Origin: Candidatus Poribacteria bacterium | GTDB taxonomy: Bacteria > Poribacteria > WGA-4E > WGA-3G | Length of the DNA: 64,000 nucleotides | Direction: 5' to 3' | NCBI GenBank assembly: GCA_964291315.2 | Contig: OZ219753.1 | Coordinates: forward strand, 640,001 to 704,000 | Shown: piece after piece, positions 40,764 to 49,252 of the stretch | Layout of the letters: each line of letters begins with the position of its first letter | Position numbering within the stretch: the first letter of the stretch is position 1 | Notes under the pieces: generated by a model | Told to the model about the DNA's origin: nothing | Seen by the model: only the letters and a program-made list of their open reading frames with translations | The model's database searches: none | Translations under genes and position numbers: made by a program

Positions 40764-40863
40764 TTTTAATTCTCCTTTAACATGTGGTCTTGTGTTTCGT
40801 ATATTTCTCGTATTTTGGGAGCGCCTCGCTTATTGAATACACAAACGAGGCATGTCAGCATAA

Positions 40864-41316
40864 TTAAGTATTTATCGAAATCGGAACTTCTGTTGGTTTC
40901 GCGATTTCTGCTTTCGGGATTGTTAGGGTCAGAATACCGTTTTTAAATCCCGCCTTGATGCTGGCGGTTTCGACGTGTCTCGGTAGTGTGAAACTTCTCT
41001 GGAATCTGCCGTACCATCTTTCCGCACGGTGGTAGTTTTTGCCCTCCGTTTTCTCCTCGTGACGTTTTTCGCCGTTGATGGTGAGGCGGTTGTCGGTTAC
41101 AGAAACCTTCACATCATTCTCCGACACTCCTGGGAGTTCCGCGCGAATCTCAAAGTTGGTTTCTGTTTCAGACACATCTACTACTGGCATCCAAGTGTGC
41201 TCTTCCGAATCCGTTCCACCTTCGCGAGATCCAAAAAGGTCTCCAAAGACCCGTCCCATTTCGTTGTGGAGGCTGAACAGATTTCGCATTGGTTTGCGAG
41301 TCGTTAGGTAATTCAT
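40864..41316 (-). CDS. Hsp20/alpha-crystallin small heat-shock protein
   Basis: P.VDVSET, AELPGV, ER.YG.FQRSF.LP, NGILTLTIPK. Confidence 0.95.
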   Translation of the reverse strand: MNYLTTRKPMRNLFSLHNEMGRVFGDLFGSREGGTDSEEHTWMPVVDVSETETNFEIRAELPGVSENDVKVSVTDNRLTINGEKRHEEKTEGKNYHRAERWYGRFQRSFTLPRHVETASIKAGFKNGILTLTIPKAEIAKPTEVPISINT

Positions 41317-41353
41317 TTTTTTCTCCTTTTGATTTTATTTATATAAACGTTGT

Positions 41354-41438
41354 TGCAAATTGTGTGCCAATTTTTTTCGAGGCAATCCGAAGTCTTCGCA
41401 GATTTACTTACATATAAACAGAAGCAAATTGCGTGCCA
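41354..41438 (-). promoter_or_regulatory. Two tandem sigma-54 (-24/-12) promoters for the hsp20 operon
   Basis: Minus strand TGGCACGCAATTTGCT (41438 to 41423) and TGGCACACAATTTGCA (41369 to 41354), both matching TGGCAC-N5-TTGCW. Confidence 0.85.
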
Positions 41439-41570
41439 AACTAGTTTCTACCGTTAGCTAAGCACGCCAATCCACTGTTTGTGGGTATGCTGGGTGCCTG
41501 TCTACTTAGAACGGAAACCTAAAGAGAGGTTTGAGGGAGGTCTGCGGAGGAGTTACGGACAATTTGGGTT

Positions 41571-41624
41571 TGCCACATTGACACCACCGCTGCCAATGTG
41601 GCAGTGCACGGTGTCAAAATGACT
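41571..41624. promoter_or_regulatory. Three phased palindromic TGYCA-N3-TGRC(A/T) boxes, candidate enhancer
   Basis: TGCCACATTGACA 41571, TGCCAATGTGGCA 41591, TGTCAAAATGACT 41612; spacing 20 and 21 bp. Confidence 0.7.
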
Positions 41625-41811
41625 CTGATAAATCCGATATAGGTTGGCCCATTATACCGGGTAGATTTATCTTATCTTGGACTTACACTAACAGCTGCGG
41701 AAGGCGCTAAAATTGGGCAGAACATTGGTTTGGAGGATATGAGTGAAATTGAAATAAGTTGTAAATGCTATTGGAAGCATATTATAAAAGAGAAGATCAT
41801 CTGAGACTGCG

Positions 41812-42465
41812 TTATGATGAAGCAGCGGTTTCTCGAATCCGCCTCTGGATGCCTGCGACAAGTGTTTGCAATGCAACGTTGTTTTCATGTTGGAATGGGA
41901 TAATCAAATCAGCGTACTGTTTGCCAGGTTCCGTATAGACAGGAAAATTGGGCAAGACATCGCGTCGGTACCAATTAATACACCATTCCAAATCGCCGCC
42001 ACGTTGTGCAACATCGCGGAGCATCCGGCGCAAGACCCGCTCGTGGGCATCTACATCAAGGAACAATTTGATGTCCATTAACTTTCTCAAATCTGCACTC
42101 CAAAAAATAAGATGTCCTTCTACGATAAGGACATCGCTAGGTTGAATACTCGTTTTTTCGTCGCCACGTTGTGCTGCCCGGGTGCCAGGTGTTGGTATTT
42201 CAATAGTGCCACGCTTGCGAAGTTTTTTGATATCTTTGATGAGGGCATCCCATAAGACAGCATTTGGATGATTAGCCGTAATTACGTGTTCCCGTTCGGC
42301 TTCTGAGTATTCGGACCAGTTACGGAAATACGAGTCTTGGTTCAGCACGACAGGCATGAATTCCTCAAGCGCTGCTGCCAAAGCACGGGCGAACGTTGTT
42401 TTTCCGGAAGCGGATCCGCCCATAATTCCGATAGTGATTGGAGTAAATTTTTCTTCTCTTTTCAT
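41812..42465 (-). CDS. udk: Uridine kinase family protein
   Basis: GGSASGKTT P-loop, QDSYF, VLIVEG, RVLRR..RD...RG, YADLII. Confidence 0.8.
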   Translation of the reverse strand: MKREEKFTPITIGIMGGSASGKTTFARALAAALEEFMPVVLNQDSYFRNWSEYSEAEREHVITANHPNAVLWDALIKDIKKLRKRGTIEIPTPGTRAAQRGDEKTSIQPSDVLIVEGHLIFWSADLRKLMDIKLFLDVDAHERVLRRMLRDVAQRGGDLEWCINWYRRDVLPNFPVYTEPGKQYADLIIPFQHENNVALQTLVAGIQRRIRETAASS

Positions 42466-42551
42466 AACGTTCCTTACATTTTTGCTTTTTTCGTATTTTA
42501 GCACACCTTGCTCCATGGGTCAATGCTATTTTGTGCAAAAAGAAATTTGAC

Positions 42552-42580
42552 TTGCATTAAAAAGTGTGTTATTATATAAT
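42552..42580 (+). promoter_or_regulatory. Sigma-70 promoter upstream of the aroF leader region
   Basis: TTGCAT-17-TATAAT. Confidence 0.6.
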
Positions 42581-42918
42581 AGATATAGTTATTTTAATGG
42601 CAATCAGAGTGTGCATCTTTTAAAAGTGCAATGCCTTACGAAAAATATAAACGCTTTTTCGTATGTAGCGTCCTAACCTATAGGAACATCTGCGTTAATG
42701 GCACAATTCACTTTTGAAGTTTGGGGTAGATCATGATACTAAATAGGCACTTGAAAATGCAAACGCTTCAAGACAATACGGTTACTGCACCAATATCTTG
42801 TCTACGGATTGATCCTGATCCTTCAGTCAATGTCCCTCTGTATATATGGGCTGCTTTTACACCTTTTGTGCAACTTAAAGGCGAAAATTTGTTGTTAAAC
42901 GCCGCACTTGAGTTCTAT

Positions 42919-42960
42919 GTGTATCTGTACCTTTATTTTTACAGCTACGCTAGGTGGTGA
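42919..42960 (+). CDS. Putative attenuator leader peptide MYLYLYFYSYARW (alternative TTG start at 42889)
   Basis: GTG TAT CTG TAC CTT TAT TTT TAC AGC TAC GCT AGG TGG TGA: 5 Tyr, 2 Leu, 1 Phe, 1 Trp in 13 codons, upstream of DAHP synthase. Confidence 0.7.
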   Translation: MYLYLYFYSYARW

Positions 42961-43046
42961 AGCTTCGTAAGTAATGCTATTTTTAACCGGTTCTATTATC
43001 ACCACCCAGCGTTGAAGAAAAATTCGATGTTGGGTAATTTTTTTTT
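42948..43046 (+). promoter_or_regulatory. Transcription attenuator with mutually exclusive antiterminator and terminator
   Basis: Terminator ACCCAGCGTTGAA/TTCGATGTTGGGT (43004-43035) plus T9 at 43038-43046; 42948-42960 pairs at 12 of 13 positions with 42999-43011. Confidence 0.8.
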
Positions 43047-43157
43047 AACCAAATTTAATTTCCGACAGATAAAATTATTCTTCGGTGCGGCTTACGACAC
43101 CGGGGCCCCATCTGTTGCTGGAAAGGGTCTCAATTTTTTATGAAAAGGCGGAGGTAG

Positions 43158-44183
43158 TTGAAGAGCATGGTAATCGTGACGAAGACCGATGCAACACGGG
43201 CAGATATCGATGCGGTTGTTAAACGGATTGAGGGAGTTGGATTGAAAGCACAAGTTTCAACGGGCGAACGACACACAGTGATCGGGGTGATAGGAGACAA
43301 AACTTTGCTTGGTGACATCCCTATAGAGTCAATGTCGGGTGTCGAGCGAACGATGGCGATCACTGCGCCATTCAAGTTAGCGAGTCGCGAGTTTCGAGAT
43401 GAACCGACAGTTATCGCTGTCAACGGCACGAAGATTGGTGGGCGGCATGTCCCTGTCATCGCGGGTCCATGTGCTGTAGAAAGTACTGATCAGATCGTGA
43501 CGATCGCCAGACAGGTTCAAAAAGCAGGAGCGAGCTTCATCAGGGGCGGTGCTTTTAAGCCCAGAACGGGTCCCTACAGTTTCCAAGGCTATGGCGAGGA
43601 AGCACTCAAAATGCTAAACGCTGCGAAAGATGAAACAGGACTCAGTATTGTCACAGAAGTTATGACTCCACACGAAGTCGAACTCGTCGGGGAATATACA
43701 GACATGTTCCAACTCGGCACGCGGAACATGACAAATTTCTACCTATTACGGGAAGTTGGACAGGTAGAGAAACCTGTTATTCTCAAGCGCGGGATGTCCG
43801 CAACAATTGAAGAATGGTTACTTGCTGCTGAATATATCCTTTCTGAAGGCAACCCGAATGTCATTCTCTGTGAGCGTGGGATTCGGACTTTTGAAACACA
43901 TACCCGTAACACCCTTGATTTGAACGCAGTGCCTATTATCCATGAATTGAGTCATCTACCTATTATTGTCGATCCAAGTCATGGAACCGGCATCCGGAGT
44001 TTGGTGTGTGATATGACAAAAGCATCTGTAGCTGCTGGTGCGGACGGTCTCTTACTTGAGGTGCATAACGATCCAGACCATTCGATGACGGGAGACGGGG
44101 CACAGTCCCTATTTCCGTATCAGTTTGAAACACTGATGCAGGAACTGAAACCGATTGCTATCGCTGTCGGTCGCGAAATCTAA
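43158..44183 (+). CDS. aroF: DAHP synthase, class I-beta with N-terminal regulatory domain
   Basis: IAGPCAVE, RGGAFKPRT.PYSFQG, LKRG, CERGIRTF, DPSH. Confidence 0.95.
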   Translation: MKSMVIVTKTDATRADIDAVVKRIEGVGLKAQVSTGERHTVIGVIGDKTLLGDIPIESMSGVERTMAITAPFKLASREFRDEPTVIAVNGTKIGGRHVPVIAGPCAVESTDQIVTIARQVQKAGASFIRGGAFKPRTGPYSFQGYGEEALKMLNAAKDETGLSIVTEVMTPHEVELVGEYTDMFQLGTRNMTNFYLLREVGQVEKPVILKRGMSATIEEWLLAAEYILSEGNPNVILCERGIRTFETHTRNTLDLNAVPIIHELSHLPIIVDPSHGTGIRSLVCDMTKASVAAGADGLLLEVHNDPDHSMTGDGAQSLFPYQFETLMQELKPIAIAVGREI

Positions 44184-44333
44184 TCATCTTAAAAGCTATT
44201 AGTTATTGGCAATTAACCACAGAATATTGTAGTAGGAAAAGCGTTGAAAAAGGTTTCCACAGTGAACTACTGACTGTTGATAGCCGGTAATCGTTTAGAA
44301 AATATACACAACAAAATTTGGAGGAACACAGTC

Positions 44334-45887
44334 GTGGACGATTTTGAGCCCACTCAACAAAAAGTCTACATTTTTGATACAACTCTCCGCGATGCAGAAC
44401 AGACACCGGGGGCTGCTCTGGGTATTGAGGAAAAACTGGAGATTGCTAAGCATCTCGCTAGATTAAATGTTGATGTTATTGAAGCTGGATTTCCGATTTC
44501 GTCCCCGGGGGATTTCGATGCCGTCGAGCGAATCGCCAACGAAGTGGAAGGTCCTGAAATTTGCGCGCTTTCTCGTGTTGTGGAGAAAGACATCACAGCA
44601 GCGTGGAAGGCGATTGCGGATGCACCACGGGCCCGTATTCATACGTTTGTGGGAACATCACCGATCCACATGGAGCGTATTACGCGCACAACGCCTGCTG
44701 ATACACTCAGAATGGCAACCGATGCAGTTGGCTACGCGAAAAGTTTATGTCAAGACCACCCCGATGCTAGCGTCGAGTTTTCACCTATGGACGCGGGGCG
44801 GACAGAACTTCCTTTCCTTTACGAAGTGGTTGAAGGGACCATCGCTGCAGGCGCTACTGTCATCAACATCCCAGAAACTGTTGGGTGGACAGTACCGACG
44901 GAATTTGGAGAATTGATTAAAGGCATTGTGGAGAATGTACCTAATGTTAACGATGCTATCATTAGTGTACACTGCCACAACGACCTAGGATTAGCTGTTG
45001 CTAACAGTCTCATGGCAATTGAGCAAGGTGCAAGGCAGGTGGAATGCACAATCAACGGTCTTGGAGAGCGTGCGGGAAACACCTCGCTAGAAGAAGTTGT
45101 GATGGCAATCCGAACACGGCGTGATTACTTCAAAGAATATTATACAGAGATTAACGCTAAGGAAATCGTCCCGATTAGCCGGCGTGTCAGTCGAACGATG
45201 GGCATTATTGTTCAGCCGAATAAGGCAATCGTTGGTGCTAACGCCTTCGCTCATAGTTCCGGTATCCATCAAGATGGCATCATCAAATCGCGCGTAACTT
45301 TTGAGATCATTGATCCAAAAGAAATTGGATGGAAGGAGAGCCAACTTATCCTCAGTCCTCGTTCTGGACGCAATGCCCTCAGGCACCGTCTCCACGAGCT
45401 CGGTTACGAGGTGAGTCTAGAAGAGTTAGACAAAGTTTATGAACGATTCCTCAGCGTTGCAGACAAGAAAAAATCGGTACAGGATGCTGACCTTGAAGCG
45501 ATTATGAGTGATGAAATTCGCCCGATTCCCTCTGTCTTTGAACTTGACTATATTCAGGTCGTCAGCGGAACGAAAATCTCACCAACAACAACGGTGGGAA
45601 TTCAGACAGAAGATGGCATCGTTGAAATGGCATCAACAGGAGACGGACCTGTTGATGCTGCGTTCAAAGCAATCACCAAAATTGTTGACATTCAATTGCA
45701 CCTCATAGACTATCAAATCCGTTCTGTAACCGGCGGGGAAGACGCTATCGGTGAAGTCTCTTTAAAGGTGCAGGACAACGGAAACATTATCACTGGACAC
45801 GGTGCTAGCACCGACATCATAGAAGCGAGCGCACGCGCTTATATCCACGCTGTTAATAAGCTCATCCAGCTTCGGTCTGAAGGATGA
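44334..45887 (+). CDS. leuA: 2-isopropylmalate synthase
   Basis: FDTTLRD, EAGFP, HCHNDLG, NGLGERAGN, HSSGIHQDG, GDGPVDA regulatory domain; GGAGG before GTG 44334. Confidence 0.93.
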   Translation: MDDFEPTQQKVYIFDTTLRDAEQTPGAALGIEEKLEIAKHLARLNVDVIEAGFPISSPGDFDAVERIANEVEGPEICALSRVVEKDITAAWKAIADAPRARIHTFVGTSPIHMERITRTTPADTLRMATDAVGYAKSLCQDHPDASVEFSPMDAGRTELPFLYEVVEGTIAAGATVINIPETVGWTVPTEFGELIKGIVENVPNVNDAIISVHCHNDLGLAVANSLMAIEQGARQVECTINGLGERAGNTSLEEVVMAIRTRRDYFKEYYTEINAKEIVPISRRVSRTMGIIVQPNKAIVGANAFAHSSGIHQDGIIKSRVTFEIIDPKEIGWKESQLILSPRSGRNALRHRLHELGYEVSLEELDKVYERFLSVADKKKSVQDADLEAIMSDEIRPIPSVFELDYIQVVSGTKISPTTTVGIQTEDGIVEMASTGDGPVDAAFKAITKIVDIQLHLIDYQIRSVTGGEDAIGEVSLKVQDNGNIITGHGASTDIIEASARAYIHAVNKLIQLRSEG

Positions 45888-46337
45888 CGAAACTAATATT
45901 AGCACATGGCCCCTGTCATTCCGGTTACCGGGGGCCAATGCAGCTCCTAAGCCTTTCGCTTTCTCACTGATAATCAAGTGCGGTTTAAACCCGTGGATCC
46001 TGTCCAGGAGAGGTTTTCGATCAGCCTCGATTTGCTGAAATTTTCTTGTTCTCGCAGCCCCGCAAATTTGAAAATTGTTATTGTTGCTCGTAAGTTTCTT
46101 CCGTTGACAGACCCAAATCAGCGTCTAACAACAACTCACTGCTAACACAATCGAACCTAAATTTAATCCGAGTTTTATAGTTAAACTCTCTTTCATTAGA
46201 AAGGTAAAGCGGGCAAGGACGTATTCCGGGGCATTCCGCTTTTGAGTCGGCAGCGTTCAAGTGTCAGCAGCATCAGTGAGGATGTGTGATATTTTGTGCC
46301 TACGGAAAGGAAAAGAGGCAAGGTAGCGGCTGCGGTT

Positions 46338-46379
46338 AAAAACGTTGGGGGGTGGAACAGGCGTTCCACCCCCCAACGT
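46338..46379 (-). terminator. Strong intrinsic terminator after the lamin-tail gene pair
   Basis: Perfect 17-bp stem ACGTTGGGGGGTGGAAC/GTTCCACCCCCCAACGT with 4-nt loop, followed by a T-run on the minus strand. Confidence 0.9.
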
Positions 46380-46431
46380 CTTATTAGTTGATTTGTAAGG
46401 TTAGCTTGTCTATTTCTAACCGCTGTGTCTG

Positions 46432-49164
46432 CTATTTGTCAGACGATTTGAGCTCTCCCCAACGGGTTGTGAGTTTGCCACTTGCAGAGACATCCCCACG
46501 CAGATGCGTCGTCCGTAACGTTGTGCGCACCCCGTCCATAGAGACGTCTTCTATCTGGTAGTAATAGACGGCGTTGGGTTTCGCAGTGGTATCTGTGTAG
46601 GTATAGACGTGCTTCTCGGAGGTCGTGCCGTGCCCCGCAATCAGACCCTCGGCGTTGATAGCCTTGAACTCGCCCGTCTTGCTCTCGCTGCGCAGGATAT
46701 TGAACCCGGCGTTGTTGAGCTCGGACTGCGTTACCCAGCTAATTTCAACGTGGCTTGTCGAGACGTTGCGCACCGGGCGGAAACTTGAGAGTGAGACGGG
46801 TAGCGGTCCGCCGAGACGGTAGCCGGGGGTGCCGATATCGCTCCGCTGCCCGTAGAAGGTGAGCGAGGCACCTGCCAGATCCGAGTGTCGCCAAGAGGCT
46901 TCCATCGTGCCGTCATCTGCATTGTGCGGTCCAGAACCCTCTGTCATGTCGTTGAACACACCCCCATAGACCCGCACAATAGAGGTACGCAGCTCACCGC
47001 TTCCGGGCAGATCCCACATCTTCGTGCGTGAAGTACCGTCTACCTCAAGGTTGCCGGCTGCGTCCATAAGCATCGGATCGCCACCGCTGACCTTCGCCCG
47101 CAGCTCCAAATAGAAACCTTCCGCATTCAGCAGCTGCCGACCAGATGTTGTCAACCTGAGATCGCTGCGGTGCTTCTCCAACAGGTTGTAGACATAGTTA
47201 TCCGCAACATCGTTCGCAGCACTGCTTGAGACGAGCAGCAGCGTCTGATTCGGCGGGATATACGCCCCTGCCTTAAAGGTGAGGTCCGCGTCGACATACA
47301 AGCCGCCTGCCTGGTTGCGGATATCTAACTCCCACCCCTCAAGGTTCACCGTATCCATCATAGAGCTGTTGTAGAGCTCTATCCACTGCACCAAGTTCGA
47401 GCGGGGACCCGCATCATACATAATCTCGCTGATGCTCACTTTGCCATCAAACGTGTAGTCGCCCTCGGAGACGTTGTTCACCGCCATGTTCGGATACCCC
47501 GGCGTGCCGGGGGAGGTCGCTGTGTCAAGAGATTTGTCTTTGCCGCGGTCGTAGCCAGTGCCGATGAACCCGAACGACTGCCAGTCGTCTTTGTGGACGC
47601 GGTTCGCACGAGACTTCGCGCCGTACATGCCCTGCGAATTGATCTGCACACCCCGACCGAACGACATACTTGTAGAGGCGAAGGTATTCATGCTACCGAA
47701 GTCCTCAACGTCTCCCGGGGACATCCATCCCACGAACGGCCAAACATCTGTATTGAACTTCCTATCTTCCATCCGTGTGAAGAAACCATTGCCCGCATAG
47801 TCTATGACATTATCCGCCGTTTTCAGCTTCTCTTTTGCGTTGCGTAGCAGGATCAGGAACTTGCCTTCAGCGGGAAGTTTTAGGGATTCCGCAACCACAT
47901 ACTTGTGCGAGGCACCCGTGTTGACATCCGATTCGTCCAAGAGGCTCTGAAGGTTCGTACCCCCAGCGAACTTAATACTTCGCCCCGGGTCTCGGTTGTA
48001 GACGACGACATACTCGCCCGGCTTCATACTATATTTTGGCAGCACCGCGAGGCTGGTGTCCGTGAAGTTGGCATCGCCCGACTCGTGATACCCGCTACCG
48101 TCTGTCATCATCTTGCCCATCACCAGGCTCAGCTGATAGTTTTCTATATTCACGGGGGCATCCGAGGCACTATCGCTATTATAGAGCAGCTCTATCCAGT
48201 CCAAGTTCTCATCTGAAGAGTCGTTTCGCACCTCGTTGATGATAATCCCGGTAGGTGAGATAGCCGCAGGTTTCATATCAAACTTGACGACAGAGGGACC
48301 GCCCACAGGCACGTGAACGCTGCCGGGGGAGCCGATATACTGACCGCTGATGTTAATCGAGCCGACTGAAGCCTCCCAGGAACCGGGTTCACTGCCGTCC
48401 CCGAGTCCCTTCAGTTTTCCGTTTTCATACGCATACGCCTTGCCTGTGGCATCCAGCTCTATCTTCCGATACATAGAGACCATGGGCATCGGAGCTATGC
48501 CCTTCTCTGTGTTGCCGTCGGTATCACCGTTGCTACCTTTCAGCTCCCAAAGTCTGCCAAAACGATCAATCGTTCTTACGCGATCCAGAATAACAAACTT
48601 GCGACCGTTCCGCTCATACATCTCACCCGCAGACTTAGTTGCAAGATCCGGCGGGGTTGTAGGTCCGATGATCCATATGGCACGATCTTTCTCTTTGAGA
48701 GGACTTTGGCTGTAGAATTCAATCCATTGCGGATTCTTTGCGGTCCCTGCTCTTGAAGGGGAATCTGTCCCCCACATTATTTCGGTCATAATGATAAGGT
48801 GTTTGAACTTCATCGCCTCGGCCGCTGTTATATCAGGTTTTAACGTATGCTCTTCGGGGTTAGTAAATTCAGCCTGTGTTGGCACTCTCATTGCGAAAAA
48901 AAACGAACCACCTGCTTGGATCCTATCCCGTAGGTTACTCCAAAATTGAGCGGGGTTTAGGATCCGCCCTTTTGCTGCGGGCAAGATGCCGTTATCCGCT
49001 TTCTCTCCAGATTTAGCATAGACAATAAACTTTTTGCCGGCTTTGAGTTCAGCATAGACTTCATCTGCGCCGGCAACCCTGGTCAGCTGCGCTGAAGCTT
49101 GCGGCATCGTGAAGAGACACACAAGCCCTAACACTACCAAAACTCTCATTTTATTCCATAACAT
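46432..49164 (-). CDS. Large secreted lamin-tail-domain repeat protein with PLPVSLSSF module and KLTTRWGELK terminus
   Basis: Signal peptide; three (T/N/S)E(I/V)...WIE(L/F) modules each closing with GSPG/GTPG; C-terminal W.TQSELNNAGFNILRS...YYYQIEDV. Confidence 0.85.
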   Translation of the reverse strand: MLWNKMRVLVVLGLVCLFTMPQASAQLTRVAGADEVYAELKAGKKFIVYAKSGEKADNGILPAAKGRILNPAQFWSNLRDRIQAGGSFFFAMRVPTQAEFTNPEEHTLKPDITAAEAMKFKHLIIMTEIMWGTDSPSRAGTAKNPQWIEFYSQSPLKEKDRAIWIIGPTTPPDLATKSAGEMYERNGRKFVILDRVRTIDRFGRLWELKGSNGDTDGNTEKGIAPMPMVSMYRKIELDATGKAYAYENGKLKGLGDGSEPGSWEASVGSINISGQYIGSPGSVHVPVGGPSVVKFDMKPAAISPTGIIINEVRNDSSDENLDWIELLYNSDSASDAPVNIENYQLSLVMGKMMTDGSGYHESGDANFTDTSLAVLPKYSMKPGEYVVVYNRDPGRSIKFAGGTNLQSLLDESDVNTGASHKYVVAESLKLPAEGKFLILLRNAKEKLKTADNVIDYAGNGFFTRMEDRKFNTDVWPFVGWMSPGDVEDFGSMNTFASTSMSFGRGVQINSQGMYGAKSRANRVHKDDWQSFGFIGTGYDRGKDKSLDTATSPGTPGYPNMAVNNVSEGDYTFDGKVSISEIMYDAGPRSNLVQWIELYNSSMMDTVNLEGWELDIRNQAGGLYVDADLTFKAGAYIPPNQTLLLVSSSAANDVADNYVYNLLEKHRSDLRLTTSGRQLLNAEGFYLELRAKVSGGDPMLMDAAGNLEVDGTSRTKMWDLPGSGELRTSIVRVYGGVFNDMTEGSGPHNADDGTMEASWRHSDLAGASLTFYGQRSDIGTPGYRLGGPLPVSLSSFRPVRNVSTSHVEISWVTQSELNNAGFNILRSESKTGEFKAINAEGLIAGHGTTSEKHVYTYTDTTAKPNAVYYYQIEDVSMDGVRTTLRTTHLRGDVSASGKLTTRWGELKSSDK

Positions 49165-49252
49165 TACGTTTGTTCTCCTCTGTTATTGGTGACGCAAGCT
49201 TGATACATATTTGCATGAATATGTATCAAGCTTGCGTTATATGTTGTGTCTG

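Noticed and set aside
42917-42970. Alternative leader ORF MCICTFIFTATLGGEAS from ATG 42917
   Set aside because: Its codon content fits aroF poorly; the Tyr-rich frame stops exactly at the end of the antiterminator arm.
45890-46330. Short ORFs and a GC hairpin downstream of leuA
   Set aside because: No recognisable protein motif; the hairpin at about 45908-45938 lacks a U-tract, so it was left uncalled.
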